Source: Octopus bimaculoides (Eukaryota). Taken from it: a DNA stretch of 64,000 nt. Positions within the stretch are counted from its first letter, which is position 1, and every line of letters starts with the position of its first letter. Location: the NCBI RefSeq assembly GCF_001194135.2, contig NC_068984.1, positions 39,848,775 to 39,912,774 of the forward strand, in the 5' to 3' direction. Of this stretch, positions 48,934 through 61,560 are shown one piece after another. The notes under the pieces were generated by a model. That model saw only the letters and a program-made list of their open reading frames with translations, was not told where the DNA came from and made no database searches. Made by a program: the position numbers and the translations under genes.

Positions 48934-49449
48934 TCTGACTGGGGTAACCATGTATCTCCTCTATGGCAAGACACCTGTTTATGTTCCCCCTGTTATATTC
49001 TAACCTCTCATCACCTGGCTCAAAGACACCACCTTCAATACACCACACCACCACCAAAGGATTTTTGTCTGGCAAGTTACTTGGTGAATTTATTGATTTT
49101 GGTGCCATGTAAAAAGCATCCAGTCTACTCTGTAAAGTGGTTGGCATTAGGAAGGGCATCCAACCATAAAAACCATGCCATAGCAGACAGTGGAACTTGG
49201 CACAGTCTTCTGGCTTACCAGCTCCTTTTGAACCATCTAACCCATACCAGCATGGAAGACGGATGTTAAATGATGATGGTGGCTGTGTGAGTGCTTTGCA
49301 TGAAAGAGCACTGAGCTATGGCTCAAACATCGATCATTCCACAATTCTTTGATATTTGCTCAGTACACAAAAGTAAAAAATTGAGAAATGGATGTCACAC
49401 AAGAAGAACAAAATATTTTTAAAAAATAACCATTATAGAGTCTGCTTTG

Positions 49450-49980
49450 TACTTGTTTTGTACAAGAAAATTTATCCATTTTCTAATCAATGTGATATGT
49501 GACAAAAATAGATTCTATACAGCTAACAGTTTTCCATGCAGTGTCTGGAATGTTGTCAATTGTTCATTTTGGGAAAGTATTTTGGTAAAGCATCAAAATA
49601 CTTCCTCAAGCTGCAAAGAAGGTTACGGTCACTATTTGATAGTCAACAAGTGGAATCATCTACTATTATTTCTTGAATTCCATGGAAACCATTATCTCAA
49701 AGAAGTATTGCTAGGAAATTGACAAGCTGCATCAAGAACTGTAATGTTTACATCCAACATTGGTCAGTCTCACAAGTAATTCTTCAGAGACTGGACAAAA
49801 TGAACTATGAAACACTACTTTACCCAACTTATTTTCCACATTCCTCTATAACCAACTAAAACTTTTCCAAGCATCTCAATAACTTCAAGCAAAAAGTCTT
49901 GAACAACCAAGCAGCAGTTCAAAATACCTTAAAAGAATTCATTAGTACCAGGACTCTAGATTCTTAGGTATTATTTCAAT
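49450..49980 (+). mobile_element. Second, older mariner remnant (catalytic C-terminal part)
   Basis: Frameshifted ..SQVILQRL...YETLLYPTY.P......FSKHLNNF..KVLNNQAAVQNTLKEFISTR pattern. Confidence 0.55.
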
Positions 49981-50782
49981 TAATAATATATATTAGTTAA
50001 TTGATATATATTGTTTTAAAGTTGATAATGAAAAACAGCAAGTATTCTTACACCAACCTCAGGTTACATCATCATCAATGTAATGTTCACTTTTCTATGC
50101 TTGCACACATAAGATAGAATTCATTTAGGCAGATTTTCTATGGTTAGAGGTCCTACTTGTTGCCAATCCTCATCTGTTTTCAAGTAATATAATATTTCCC
50201 CTAGGTTGGATATGTTTTCACAGAAGATTGGAAATGAAGGACACTGCTTAAATGGTGGTGACACTCATTTACAATAATCATGTAAAATCAATGCAAGTAA
50301 ACACTTCCACACACACATACACATCCACACACACACACATATATATACATGGGGCATGTTTCAGTTTCTATATACCAAATCTACACACAAGGCTTTGTTC
50401 AGCCCAGGGCTACAATAGAAGACATTTATCCCAGATGCCATACAGTGGGACTGAACTCAAAACCACAAGTTTAGGAAGCAAACTCTTTGACCACAGAGCT
50501 ATATATGCATACACACATCATCACCGTCATTATTTAATGTACACACTTCCATATTTGTTTGAGTTAGACAGAATTTGTTGAGGCAAATTTTCTACAACCA
50601 TTTGTCCTTCCTGTTACTGGTCTTCAGCTGTTTCCAAGCAAGGTAATATTTTCCCGTGGCTCAAAGGTTTTTCACAGAAGATTGGAAAGGATCAATTTTG
50701 CTTGTTTGATGATGGCACTCATTAACAACCATCACATGATGTCTTAACAAGAGCACACACAAATATATACACACACACACAC

Positions 50783-50830
<48 letters not shown>

Positions 50831-51028
50831 GCACAAACGCATGATAGGCTTCTTTCAATTTCTGCCAGCCAAATCCACTCAAAAAGCTTTGGTTGACCTA
50901 GGACTATAGTAGAAAACACTTACCCAAAGTGCTGTGTAGTAACAATAAACCCAAGATCACACGGTTGGGAAGCAAGCTTTTTTTCTTCATTATGCAGTCG
51001 CACCTGTGCCTATAGGTATGTCAGTATT

Positions 51029-51060
<32 letters not shown>

Positions 51061-51662
51061 TCAACTTATGCAATAGAAGCAACTACAGATTAAAATTTTA
51101 ATCTACAAGACATATTTTAGTATATGTATGTTGTTGAAAAATGAGATACTGCAATGGTCTTGGGGAAAAGTCTTTTTAAAGAAAATCACAATATACTTCA
51201 GAGCTATATAAAACAATGCACATTTATCACTCAAGGAAGTAATCACAAGAGTGAAAGGTGTGCATTTCACTGCTTTTGTGGCTTATCAATGCTAAACACT
51301 TGGGTTCACTTCCAACATGAATTCACCTTACTCAGTCTAAAGTATATAGAAACAGTGGAATAAACAATGAAAAATTATTCACAAAGAGGCTGCTAGGTTA
51401 TGCCTGTCACTAAGAAGTTGCACTGGATGGCACTGTCCCTTCACTATTCAATGGTGCACCCTCAGATTTAGAAAATACAGTCTACAAAATTGTCCCACAA
51501 TACAAATTAGTGCTCACCCAGAATATCCTGAAACACCTACCAAGCACCAAAGTCTGGCAATGGGCTTGTGCTAGGCTGAATAAAATTCATCTTGTACTAA
51601 ATGTCTGGAGCTAAGAAAAATATCAAATATAATAGTTGGAAATACATATTATCAATTCTTAC

Positions 51663-51734
51663 CTCATTTTTAAGACATTTGTTCAAAGCATGGTCTAAAT
51701 CATTACAGACACCTAAGAACTTTTTCCAAGGATT
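51663..51734 (-). CDS. CMC2: CMC2 coding exon 2: NPWKKFLGVCNDLDHALNKCLKNE
   Basis: TTTGCAG acceptor, GAG/GTAAGA donor, 72 nt, second CX9C. Confidence 0.95.
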
Positions 51735-52892
51735 CTGCAAATTAAATAATGGTTTATTCCAATTATTATCACTAATAAACTGTTTTTGAACTAAACTTAT
51801 AGAAACGTATATTCATCCATTCATTATATTTTCTTTAATTTGAATTCAATGAACTAGATAAAAATAGAAAAACTTCAAAAATTTCTTTTAAAAATCAAAG
51901 TACAATGAATGATTCTTTAAAGCTAATTAACACAAATGGTCATAAACTACATTTGGCATAAACTTAATAAAAATTTTTAAAAACTTGTTATAGTTTGTTC
52001 TAAGAAGGAAATCTGCAATCAACTACAGTGTCCCAAAACTGTATAGTCAAAATTCATATACTTAATAGAAAACTCAGGAATATACTATTTCTGTTTTATA
52101 TCTATTTTGATATGCTATCATATTAGATAATATGTTTTACTAATAAATATGTTCCTTCTGCATACTGTTAGAGCAAATAATTTTCCAATTGGATGCTCTT
52201 CTTGTAATTAATCACTCATTTATGAAGAACTGGAACCCTGTTTACCAACCAAAGTGAAGCACATAGAGGCATTTCTCATATTAATTTTAGCCTCAGTCTA
52301 ATTTTAACAGACCTTGAAAATCTACTCCTAACTTTCACAATATCCACATTTTCCAAAGCAATATGTTAGGTAAGGTCAGTAATCTTTTACCAAAACTTTA
52401 GGAAATAATATAAAATATATAAAAATATATGATTTAGAAATGGACAGGTGTCTTCACTACAGCCTCAGACAAGGCACTGTTATAGGAGTGGAAGAGAAGT
52501 AGCCTGTAACGTGTATGTGTGTGTGTGAGAGAGAGAATGAAGTTCTCTTTGTTATTAACACTGAGCAGAAAGCTGTGTCTCTGCTTACAATCTCAAGTGG
52601 CCAAATGTCCCCTATTCCCAGTTTTCATTCTACCTTCTACCTTTGAAAGCAAGTTAACATTAGAAACAGAAAGCACATCCAAATATAGAAAATCTGTCTC
52701 GATAATTTTTATCTAACTCTTGCCAACATGAAAAAAAACAAAACAATAAAATAATTTTTTAAGAAACGATGTAAAATCAAACAAATGGACAAAACTCAAC
52801 AGAAACAAGTTCTTAGTGTTTGTATATAGCTTTAAAAATAAATTACATAATGACAGGAAACTAAAAAAAATTATCCAAGATTTAATTTTTAC

Positions 52893-52973
52893 CTCTTTGT
52901 GACACACTTTAAGAGCATAAATAATGTCATTACACTCTCCTGTATGAAGATGTGTGGACAGATCAGGATGCAT
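52893..52973 (-). CDS. CMC2: CMC2 coding exon 1: MHPDLSTHLHTGECNDIIYALKVCHKE
   Basis: MHPDL.. H.H N-terminus diagnostic of Cmc2, first CX9C, GAG/GTAAAA donor, acceptor CAG directly before the ATG. Confidence 0.96.
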
Positions 52974-54064
52974 CTGATATAAATACAGAAAGGGAAGGAT
53001 ATGTTTGTTAATTATTTGTTGTCTGCTAATGTTAGGAAATTTTTTAACATTCTGATAGCATATTAAAGTGAGACAATTTTAATGCAATTACAAAACATTT
53101 AAATTCTAAAATCAAATTTAATGGTCAGATATTCTGGTATTTTCTTGTAGCAAACTATCTAAGTATCATGCAAATAGAATAATCTTCTACACTTAGACAA
53201 AGAACCAACACTCACAATTGTTGTTAACTATGAAGATCTTTAATCCTTTAGCATTTAAACCAGCCATATCTGGTCCAAATAGTCTACCTGTTTTATGTTC
53301 AAGCCAAACAGGTCTGGCTTCTCATATCTACCATACAATGACAGTTTGAAAATAAATAATCCAACAAGTGCATTTAGATGGTAGCTTGACCAGCAAAGAA
53401 AAAACAGGAAAATCTCCCAGAAATCATACACAGTACCATTTTTAATATTAAAGGATACACTGAATAGTGTAATCCTAGACACATCATCTGAAAAAAAATG
53501 GGATTGTCATAGTTGGAATGCTTTTGATCAAAGGTCTACCTGTTCAGATCTGACCTAAGATTAAACAACAAAATTTAATCTCAAAGAATCAAAACTGTCA
53601 TTATACTCTAATCAAGTCCATATTATGCCTTCACTGAGGCTACTAACAAATTATTCTATTATAGAAGAGCCTCTGCAACACATGGCCAACCAATGCAAAA
53701 TTGTGTGCATCACAATCTTATGCTAAATTTACATTTGATTGCCTAAATCCATACCATCTTACTACAAAGCTGATCTGTCTATGAAGTTCATGTGGTCAAG
53801 GGTTTTTACATTATTTTGATGTTACCACAAAACAGAGTTGACTATACATCTTTATCCTTCTGTTTTAAGACTGAGTTGACCAGTGCTATCCACTTTAAGG
53901 TCCAGTCCTTGCTGTGTGTGGTGGTTTGTGTGCCTCAATGACCCTTACAGCCAAGCCAATGGAGCAAAAGCTCCTGATAGGGCTTCCCTGTTGAACAGAT
54001 CAAAGAACTAATATGAATTCCCTTCTTCCCAGAGGTAAAAATGGGTTTGCTTGAACCAACACCC

Positions 54065-54340
54065 CTACATCATCATCATCATTTAATGTCCATTGTCCAT
54101 ACTGGCATGGGGTGGATGGTTTGACCAGAGCTAGCAAGCTGGGGAGCTGCACCAGACTCCAGTCTGATTTGGCATGGTTTCTATGGCTGGATACCCTTTC
54201 TAATGCCAACCACTCTACAGAGTGTGCTGGGTGCTTTTACATGGCACCGCACAGGCACTTTCACATGGCACCGCACAGGTGCTTTTACATGGCACCACAC
54301 AGGTGCTTTTACATGGCACCACCATAAGTGCTTTTCACTC
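54065..54340 (-). mobile_element. RTE 3'-end copy with 24-bp tandem array (54231-54338)
   Basis: Unit GTGCTTTTACATGGCACCGCACAG x4.4. Confidence 0.85.
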
Positions 54341-54859
54341 CCCGAGGGACTGGCCTTAACACTTCTGCTGTGGCATGTGGGTCTTCTTAGGAACAAAAAA
54401 TTATAGACACATCACTGACAATTCAAAACCAACAAGCACTTGGAGAGGAAGGCCTTCCTTCAAGGGAAAAGATGAGAGTGCTCCCACCACCACCACCACT
54501 ACCATACTAAAGGAATAGCCCTGCCCAGAGTCTGGGAACAGTAGAGCAAAGTCATTAATGGCCTATACTCTTTAGGGAGCGAAAGGCTTAATTAGTTTCC
54601 AATGCTATGTCTTTAGTTAATATCTGACAATAAATACCCCATAGCCACCCCTTCACCTAGTTTGTATATATCATTTTCTATTTTGAAATGCATCATTCTC
54701 ATACACAATATCAGCATTTCCCTTATATTATTGGTTGGTGTTTTTATCCTATACTTTTCTAAATATTGTGATATGCATTTAGTTTGGTCAAACAGTTGAT
54801 GGAGTTTCTTTTCTAGTTGGGACCACTGTCAGCAGGTTAACAACACCAAGACATCTCAT

Positions 54860-56165
54860 TTGAGAGAACACACGAGGTGACAAGTAAGGTGACGGCCAAA
54901 ACCCAGACCTGGTCTGGGAGGACGTTATCCTTGCTAGGAAGGGCCAAGGTTACACAGGTGTTTATAGCATCTGTGATAACCTACCACCTAACCATCATGC
55001 CATGCCACAGTTTGTGGCTGAACAAGCTGGAAAGGATCCTTTTCTGCTTTTTGTGGAAGGGGAAACCACCATTTGTGAGGCACTCCATTTGTTGTCAGAA
55101 ACTGTTAAAGGGTGGAATGGGATTGCCTTGGCTGATAATGCGCAAATGTGCGTTGAAGCTGAGACACCTCCAGCACTACCTGGATGGTGAGCAGGTGTGG
55201 TCACCGCATGCCAAGCAACTTTTTCCACAATTGGAGTCCCTTCAGGACTTAGGCACATGGATCAGGCAGAGGCCTAAGATAGGGGAATGTCAGAGTGAGT
55301 GCAGACAAGCACTCAATTTGTTCTCCCAGGTGAGCAGTACCGGCAGTGAGGTTACCACTGTGGATTTTTATAGAGAGTTGGTAGAGTGTAAGTCTGACGA
55401 CGTCCTGAGGGTAGCTCTGGGCTTTGTTCGGCTTTACCAATTCAGGAGAGGTTATCCAGACACGGTTATAAGCCCCCCACCACCACCACCACCACCATGT
55501 CGCGCACGCCTTCGTACATTGTGGAGAGTTGAGGGGGTTGGTGACCTATGTCGAACAACTGATGTCAGATGGGGAAAGAGTACAGCTCTCGACTGAGTCC
55601 ATAGTTAAGATTATACCGCCTTCCTCCTTTAACAAGGAAAGGAAGGCAGCCTTTGTCTGCATAGTAGCCATACTGAAAGAGACAGTGTGGCGAACAAGAG
55701 CAAAAGGGATTGAGACAGGTCACTTCATCTCCGGACAGGGGTTGGAAAGTTGGTTCAACTTCCACCTCGTGAGGAAGATGTGTCTGGAGAGAAAGTACCT
55801 GCCTCATAGCGTATGAGAAAAGATGGAAAAATGTAGTAAGAAAGTTGCGTATGCATGGGGCCGTGCTAGTGAAGCCGGTCAATGAAGAAAAAAAGGGGAA
55901 AACAATTTCTCTCGGCTAAATAATAAAGAAAAAAATGAAGTTTCCAAACTGGACGGGCTGGAATAGAATCCGGAGAGAAAGTTATATAAAGTTTAATATT
56001 TTTAACTATACATTCATTACAATTTTTAAACCATAACGTTATGATCCTGATCCTCATATTGTAATCACAACAGCATGCCCCCCTCCTCTGTAAGACTGTT
56101 CATTGTTTGTCCCCGACCCCTCCTTGTTATATCTATATATGCCATTATAGGCAAATAAAGAAATC
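54860..56165 (+). mobile_element. 5'-truncated L1/Tx1-clade LINE (post-RT C-terminal region and 3' end)
   Basis: WSGRTLSLLGRAKV...S...Y....P...L.R..F.FLWKGK...GGMGLP is the typical post-RT L1/Tx1 segment; later ILKETVWRTR; AATAAAG at about 56153. Confidence 0.82.
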
Positions 56166-56539
56166 ATTCAGTGCCTGTTGATTCTTCAACATGCGTTGGG
56201 TCAGGCCGCCGCACTTTACGCCAGCTCGCGCTCCCGTTCGCCTTTCTTGGAAACATGCGACTGCAACCGGAACATATTCATGTAATGTTATAAGCTTCCT
56301 TCAATTAACCTTGTATGTTAACGCATTACCTCCAATAATAAAAGTTATGACTTATTACAAGTGTCTCGTGAATTCTATTCTCTTGTTGTTATGAGCAAAA
56401 ACAGTGACTCCCTTTTCTTTCATACTGACTAAATTATAGTGTCATTGAGTCAACGTTACCACCAAAAATGGATAACCCTGACACCACTATAACCCGATTT
56501 GAGTAGAAATCTGCTCTGACCTGCTGGAAGAGTTTGAAG

Positions 56540-56825
56540 CCAACGAAGACAAATTTTCCCCCTAATCTAAAGACAGGGATAAAATATGGGCGTAAGTTTA
56601 TGACCCAGAAACGAAGGATTAGTCCATGGGAATAGCGTCACATTTCTTCTCCAAGCCCTGAAAAGTTCAAGAGTCAACGATCGGCACAGAAAGTCATAGT
56701 GATTGTGTTTTGGGGAAATCAAAGGTGTCGTTTTTGATTTTCTGGAATATGGTTGTTCCACGAATAGCGAGTGGGTACACTGATACACTAAAAAGCTTAG
56801 AGAAACCATTAAAAGGAAGAGACCT
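56540..56825 (+). mobile_element. Third mariner remnant
   Basis: YDPETK..S..W.H.SSPSP.KFKSQRSAQKVIV.VFW...G....DFLEYG...N...Y.DTLKKLRETIKRKR across frameshifts. Confidence 0.72.
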
Positions 56826-59800
56826 TAACCGATGATTTTAAGCATAAAACTCTAAACCAGTCCTAGCCAATAATACATATCATAAAGTGTACTTAATTTT
56901 ATTGAATCGAAACGTATGCTCTCCAGCATAATAAGAAAATGAATCGGAGCGTCTCCTATTTGTTTCGAAAATTTTTTGTTTCAGATCGTTAACTCTGAAA
57001 TTCTCCGTTAAACCTATCAATTTCAGGAAGACCGTCCTCGATAGCCTTCAGATCATTAGTTTGGCGGAGGTAAAGAATACGTACAACACCCGTTTTCGGC
57101 GTAACAACACGCCTAACCCTAAACACCGGGTGTACGTATTCTTTACTTTCGCCCATTAGTTTGACCTTCCTCGTTTTAGCATATACACATGGCTTGGTTG
57201 TTGCTCACCACAAGTATATCATTAAGTGGAAATAACTCTGGCAAACATCTTAAAAGGCATTAAAGATATATATTTACTTATATATCGTAAAATACATTCA
57301 TGCACCGTGAAGGAAATTGTGCTGATTTGAGCAAGGCCGCCTCTACTTCAAAGTAAACGTTTATTATATGCTATGGTATTGAATACAATTTCATACTTTC
57401 GCAACATTAAATGACGAACTTAAATAAAAATGTTTAGCTCAATATAGTCTATAACTGTTACATAAACTATAGCAAACCATATTAATAATGAGAAAAACGC
57501 AAATAGCTTCTGTAATCCTATTAATAATTGGAGAAAAAATTTCCTTTTACTAAAGAAATTTACGGATGTATGAAAATGTGTACATCGATGTGAATCAAGT
57601 TTTAAATTAAGTTACTTACTTCATTAAATGTTCTGGTCGGCAAAAATTTCACTAAGTAAATCAGATAGTAGTTTAATGTGCTTGAATCACTTCATAACTT
57701 TCTGAGAAATTAACTACCCAAGCCTTGTGTTAACAGAAGATAGTTAATTGAAAAAGCGCCAACTTTTTAGTAATCTAAACACAACATTTAAAAAGCGAGA
57801 CTGAAATTAGTAATCAGTTACTTCGACGAGAAAATAATAACGTACGGGGAAATTTTTTGTTCAAGGGGGACAACTCAACTGACTATTATTTCAATGTCAA
57901 ATATAGCAACTCTTTTTCCTTTTAATTTTATGTATACACATTAGTGATTCACTAAATCATCCATAAATTCTTATGGTGCAAACATATATACTGATAGAGA
58001 ATTCAGACCTTACATTTTCCCCAAGTAAGATATTTTTTTGCTCAGTCTTAATGACATGTAGAAAGACATTCGCAAACACACACGTACACATCTATATAAT
58101 GTTACAAACGCATACACATATAAGATATATAGAATAACAGTCGCAGTATTTGGCATTCTAATAATACATCCATGTTGACTTGGATATAAAGATTGTCATT
58201 TGATATTATTACTGCATCTGTCCCTAATAGTGAAGGAGCTGGAGATAACATCTTTTAACAGCATATAAAATGCATTTTTTTCAAAAAGAATGTCTCAAAG
58301 ATCACACCAAGTTCTATATGTGAAGTTGAGCCTCCCACAACCTTTAATGCACCAAAACCCTTTTTTGAATATTCACTGTTGAAATTCTGGTGTGTCTAAT
58401 ATATTCATGTGGTTTTTATGCCATCAAATATGGGTGAAATTCTGGTTTATTTGCTTTTTGATAAACTTGCTGGCCACCTGGAATATCAGTCGCTGAAAAA
58501 AATCACCATTATTCTATATATTTGTTGGCATTGAAATTTGGTTTGTATTTGACTAGAAGTCTACCACTGAGTATGCTGAAATCACATGATCTGGTACTTC
58601 CAGTGCCCATGCCAGACAGCTCTCATCTACTATGATATACATGTATGCTCTTAGCACCTCCAAAGGTGAATACCACAGTACTGAACATTCTAATAATACA
58701 TCCACATCAAACAGGATATAAAGATTGTCATTCAGTATTAATAATGCTTCCATCACTAATATATATATAGCAAAATTCTTATAGTAAAACTGTCTCCAAT
58801 TGGCAGATTTACATTATACACTCAACATTAACAACGCAATTTTTAAATGTCTGGACTGATGATTACAAGGACAAAAGTTCTCAAATTAGTATGACCATTA
58901 TTGTGCATTGCTCTAGTTTTCCTGATGAAACTCATGTTCTACCCTTCTTTCACAATTGAGTGATTAGTGCCAGGGAAAGTATCCAGCTGTAAAAACAACT
59001 GCTTCCACAAAATACCCATCTTACCTGTGCAATCATATGAAAATAAATAAGTTTAAAAACAATATAGAATAATTTAATTATTTTTCATCACTACATACCA
59101 CTGATAATGTGGTAGGTTTGAAATTCTAGGTTGTAAGAAAATATGTTGAAATTATCTTAATTTTGGGTAATTAAACTTAACTCTTTAGATTCAGATTACT
59201 CTGTCAAATGTAATCATACATTATCTTGTAGCTTTGAAATTTTGATGAAGTGATTCTTTATTTTCAGTATGACATTGTTGGGTAGGTGTGAGAGGTCAGA
59301 TGTAAATGCTAAACGGTTAAAGAGCAGGCTCAGAATCAACCAGTTCTATTTGATAATAGATCATAAAAACTTCAAAATTAAGCTATGGAAATATATTCCA
59401 ACAAACTATTTGGTGACAAACAAGCATAAACATGTGACCATATTAATTTGTCCTAAAACGCCTAAGTTTATTTTGCTTTCATTTTCTAAATAAATACTTG
59501 GCGACCAGTTTGCTTTCTAAAGTCTGGGTTGCTGATTAGCATATATATGAAGCTTCATAATATCCAAGGTGAAGGTGCCTTTGGCTACTTTAGCATAAGT
59601 TAGATTTGCTAAGAACTGTAATAATGTTTTCTAACATAAATCAAATATCAAGTGAAGTTAAGACTGTGTTAAGCTGATTATAGCAAATAATGACCTTGAA
59701 AAAATGAAAGCACATCAACTAGAAACAAAAACTATATCAAGAACTTAGTTTGCAAAGAATTATCTCTTATACAGAGAAATGAATCCATTGTTTTGAGTAG

Positions 59801-59948
59801 TGGTAAAAATGGGCCTGTTGTGTATACAAAGAGCATTTGTAATGAGAATGGTAAAGAATAGCTCTAACAGAGAAATAAAGCTGGTCCTCATATGATTGTC
59901 TTCTAGTTTATTGGATATGCCTTTAATATTGGTTTTAAATTTTTGCAC

Positions 59949-60123
59949 AAGGGATAAGTTGATTACATCGACCCCCAGTGTTCAACTGGTACTTATTTTA
60001 TCGACCCCCAAAAGGATAAAAAGCACAGTCAGCCACGGCAGAATTTGAACTCAGAACATTGACACAGATGAAATGCCACTCATCATTTTACCTGGCATGC
60101 TACCAGTTGTCAGCTCACTGCCG
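59949..60123 (-). mobile_element. Nin/Deu-domain tRNA SINE
   Basis: Minus strand B-box GAGTTCAAATTC, then CCTTTTGGGGGTCGATAAAATAAGTACCAGTTGAACACTGGGGGTCGAT. Confidence 0.8.
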
Positions 60124-61374
60124 TATTTACCTTTAATAATGACTGCTTACATTAACACAATGCTCCAAAATTTCACATGAAAGGTACAGTTGACTGAGCT
60201 GATCACACCCAGAATATAAATATTTGAAGGGATCAGCTGAGTTTGGAGGAATGGAAAATATTGATAAATGGAATGAAACTAAATACAGAAAACTGCTTTA
60301 CAGGTTTTGCCAAATCATATGCTAAAAGTGATAAAGTTTATAAAGGAAGCTTGAAATGATTGAATACCAGTACAGAAAAATAAATAAAAATGAACAAAAA
60401 GAAAAAAAAAACCTTTACAGTACTTTTTTTTTTATTCACAAAAAAAAAAAAAAAAAAAAAATTATATATACATATATCAGTTCCATTCTTCACTTGCATT
60501 CAAATGGAAAGACAAAAACAATTTAAAATTGAATACCCTTTTTTTTTTTTATTTCGTACTTTTCATTGTATTTTTTTATTATTTTGTTTTTTAGAAAAGA
60601 AATTAAATAAACCATGATTAAGATAACTTTCCACGCAAATCAGGTGTACATAATGATCAGAGCTTTCAAAAGTCAGTGTTTAGATGGACCGAGTCTTGTT
60701 GATAAATCAACTTAAATAATAACAAATGTTTAAAAAAAAAGGAGTATGGGGAAGTGGGAATCAACAAAGAAAAGCAAACTTTTTCTTACTAGGGGTATCT
60801 AGAGTTGATTGAAACAAATCACAACTAAGCAGATATTTTCTTTTTCTACATCAGGACACACAGTTAGTTTCAATCATTCAAGCACACCAAGTGTTTAGAC
60901 AAATATATGTTAATTATATTTGAAAGACTATAAGAGTAGCTATTTTCCTCTTTTTTCATTTTAAATAATTTCGGTAGCTGCTATTTCCTGTCATGCAATA
61001 AAAAAAATATAAGTGTTTTGGGCCGTTTAATACAATGTAAAATCAAAAGTTGTATATACACTCAAATACACATACATACACACATACTCATGTATGTGTG
61101 TGTATGTATGTATGTGTGCAATTACACAAACACACAATATACATATATGTCTTTATACATACAAACACATAAGTAAACTTACTTAAAAATATGTAAATAT
61201 ACAATTAAATTTAAGTTTCTTTCAGAGAAGAGAAATGCTGTTACATGCTAAAACTGAAAGAAAATCTATCCATTATATAATTGAAATTCAGAAATTTGTG
61301 ATAATAAAAATTTCTAGATTATTGCTTAAATAGTTCATGTTCTGATCAATAATAAATCCATACAGTTGTGTGTG

Positions 61375-61560
61375 TGAAGGCATGTAGCCTAATGGTTAGA
61401 GTATTGCACTTGTGAATGCAAGATCATGATCTGAATACCCAGACTGGCAATGCACTGTACTCTTGAGCAAAACACTTCATTTCACATTGCTGCAGTCCAC
61501 TCAGCTGTAAATTCAAGAGGTATGTTGGACTGTCTTTCCTAGCCATCATTTGAAAGCTCC
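61375..61560 (+). mobile_element. CORE-like tRNA SINE, degenerate
   Basis: A-box TAGCCTAATGG, degenerate B-box, then CTTGAGCAAAACACTTCATTTCACATTGCTGCAGTCCACTCAGCTG. Similar fragment at about 6290-6385. Confidence 0.65.

Noticed and set aside
59269-59493. 74-aa plus-strand ORF after a TTTTCAG acceptor
   Set aside because: No recognisable domain and no supporting upstream or downstream exon.
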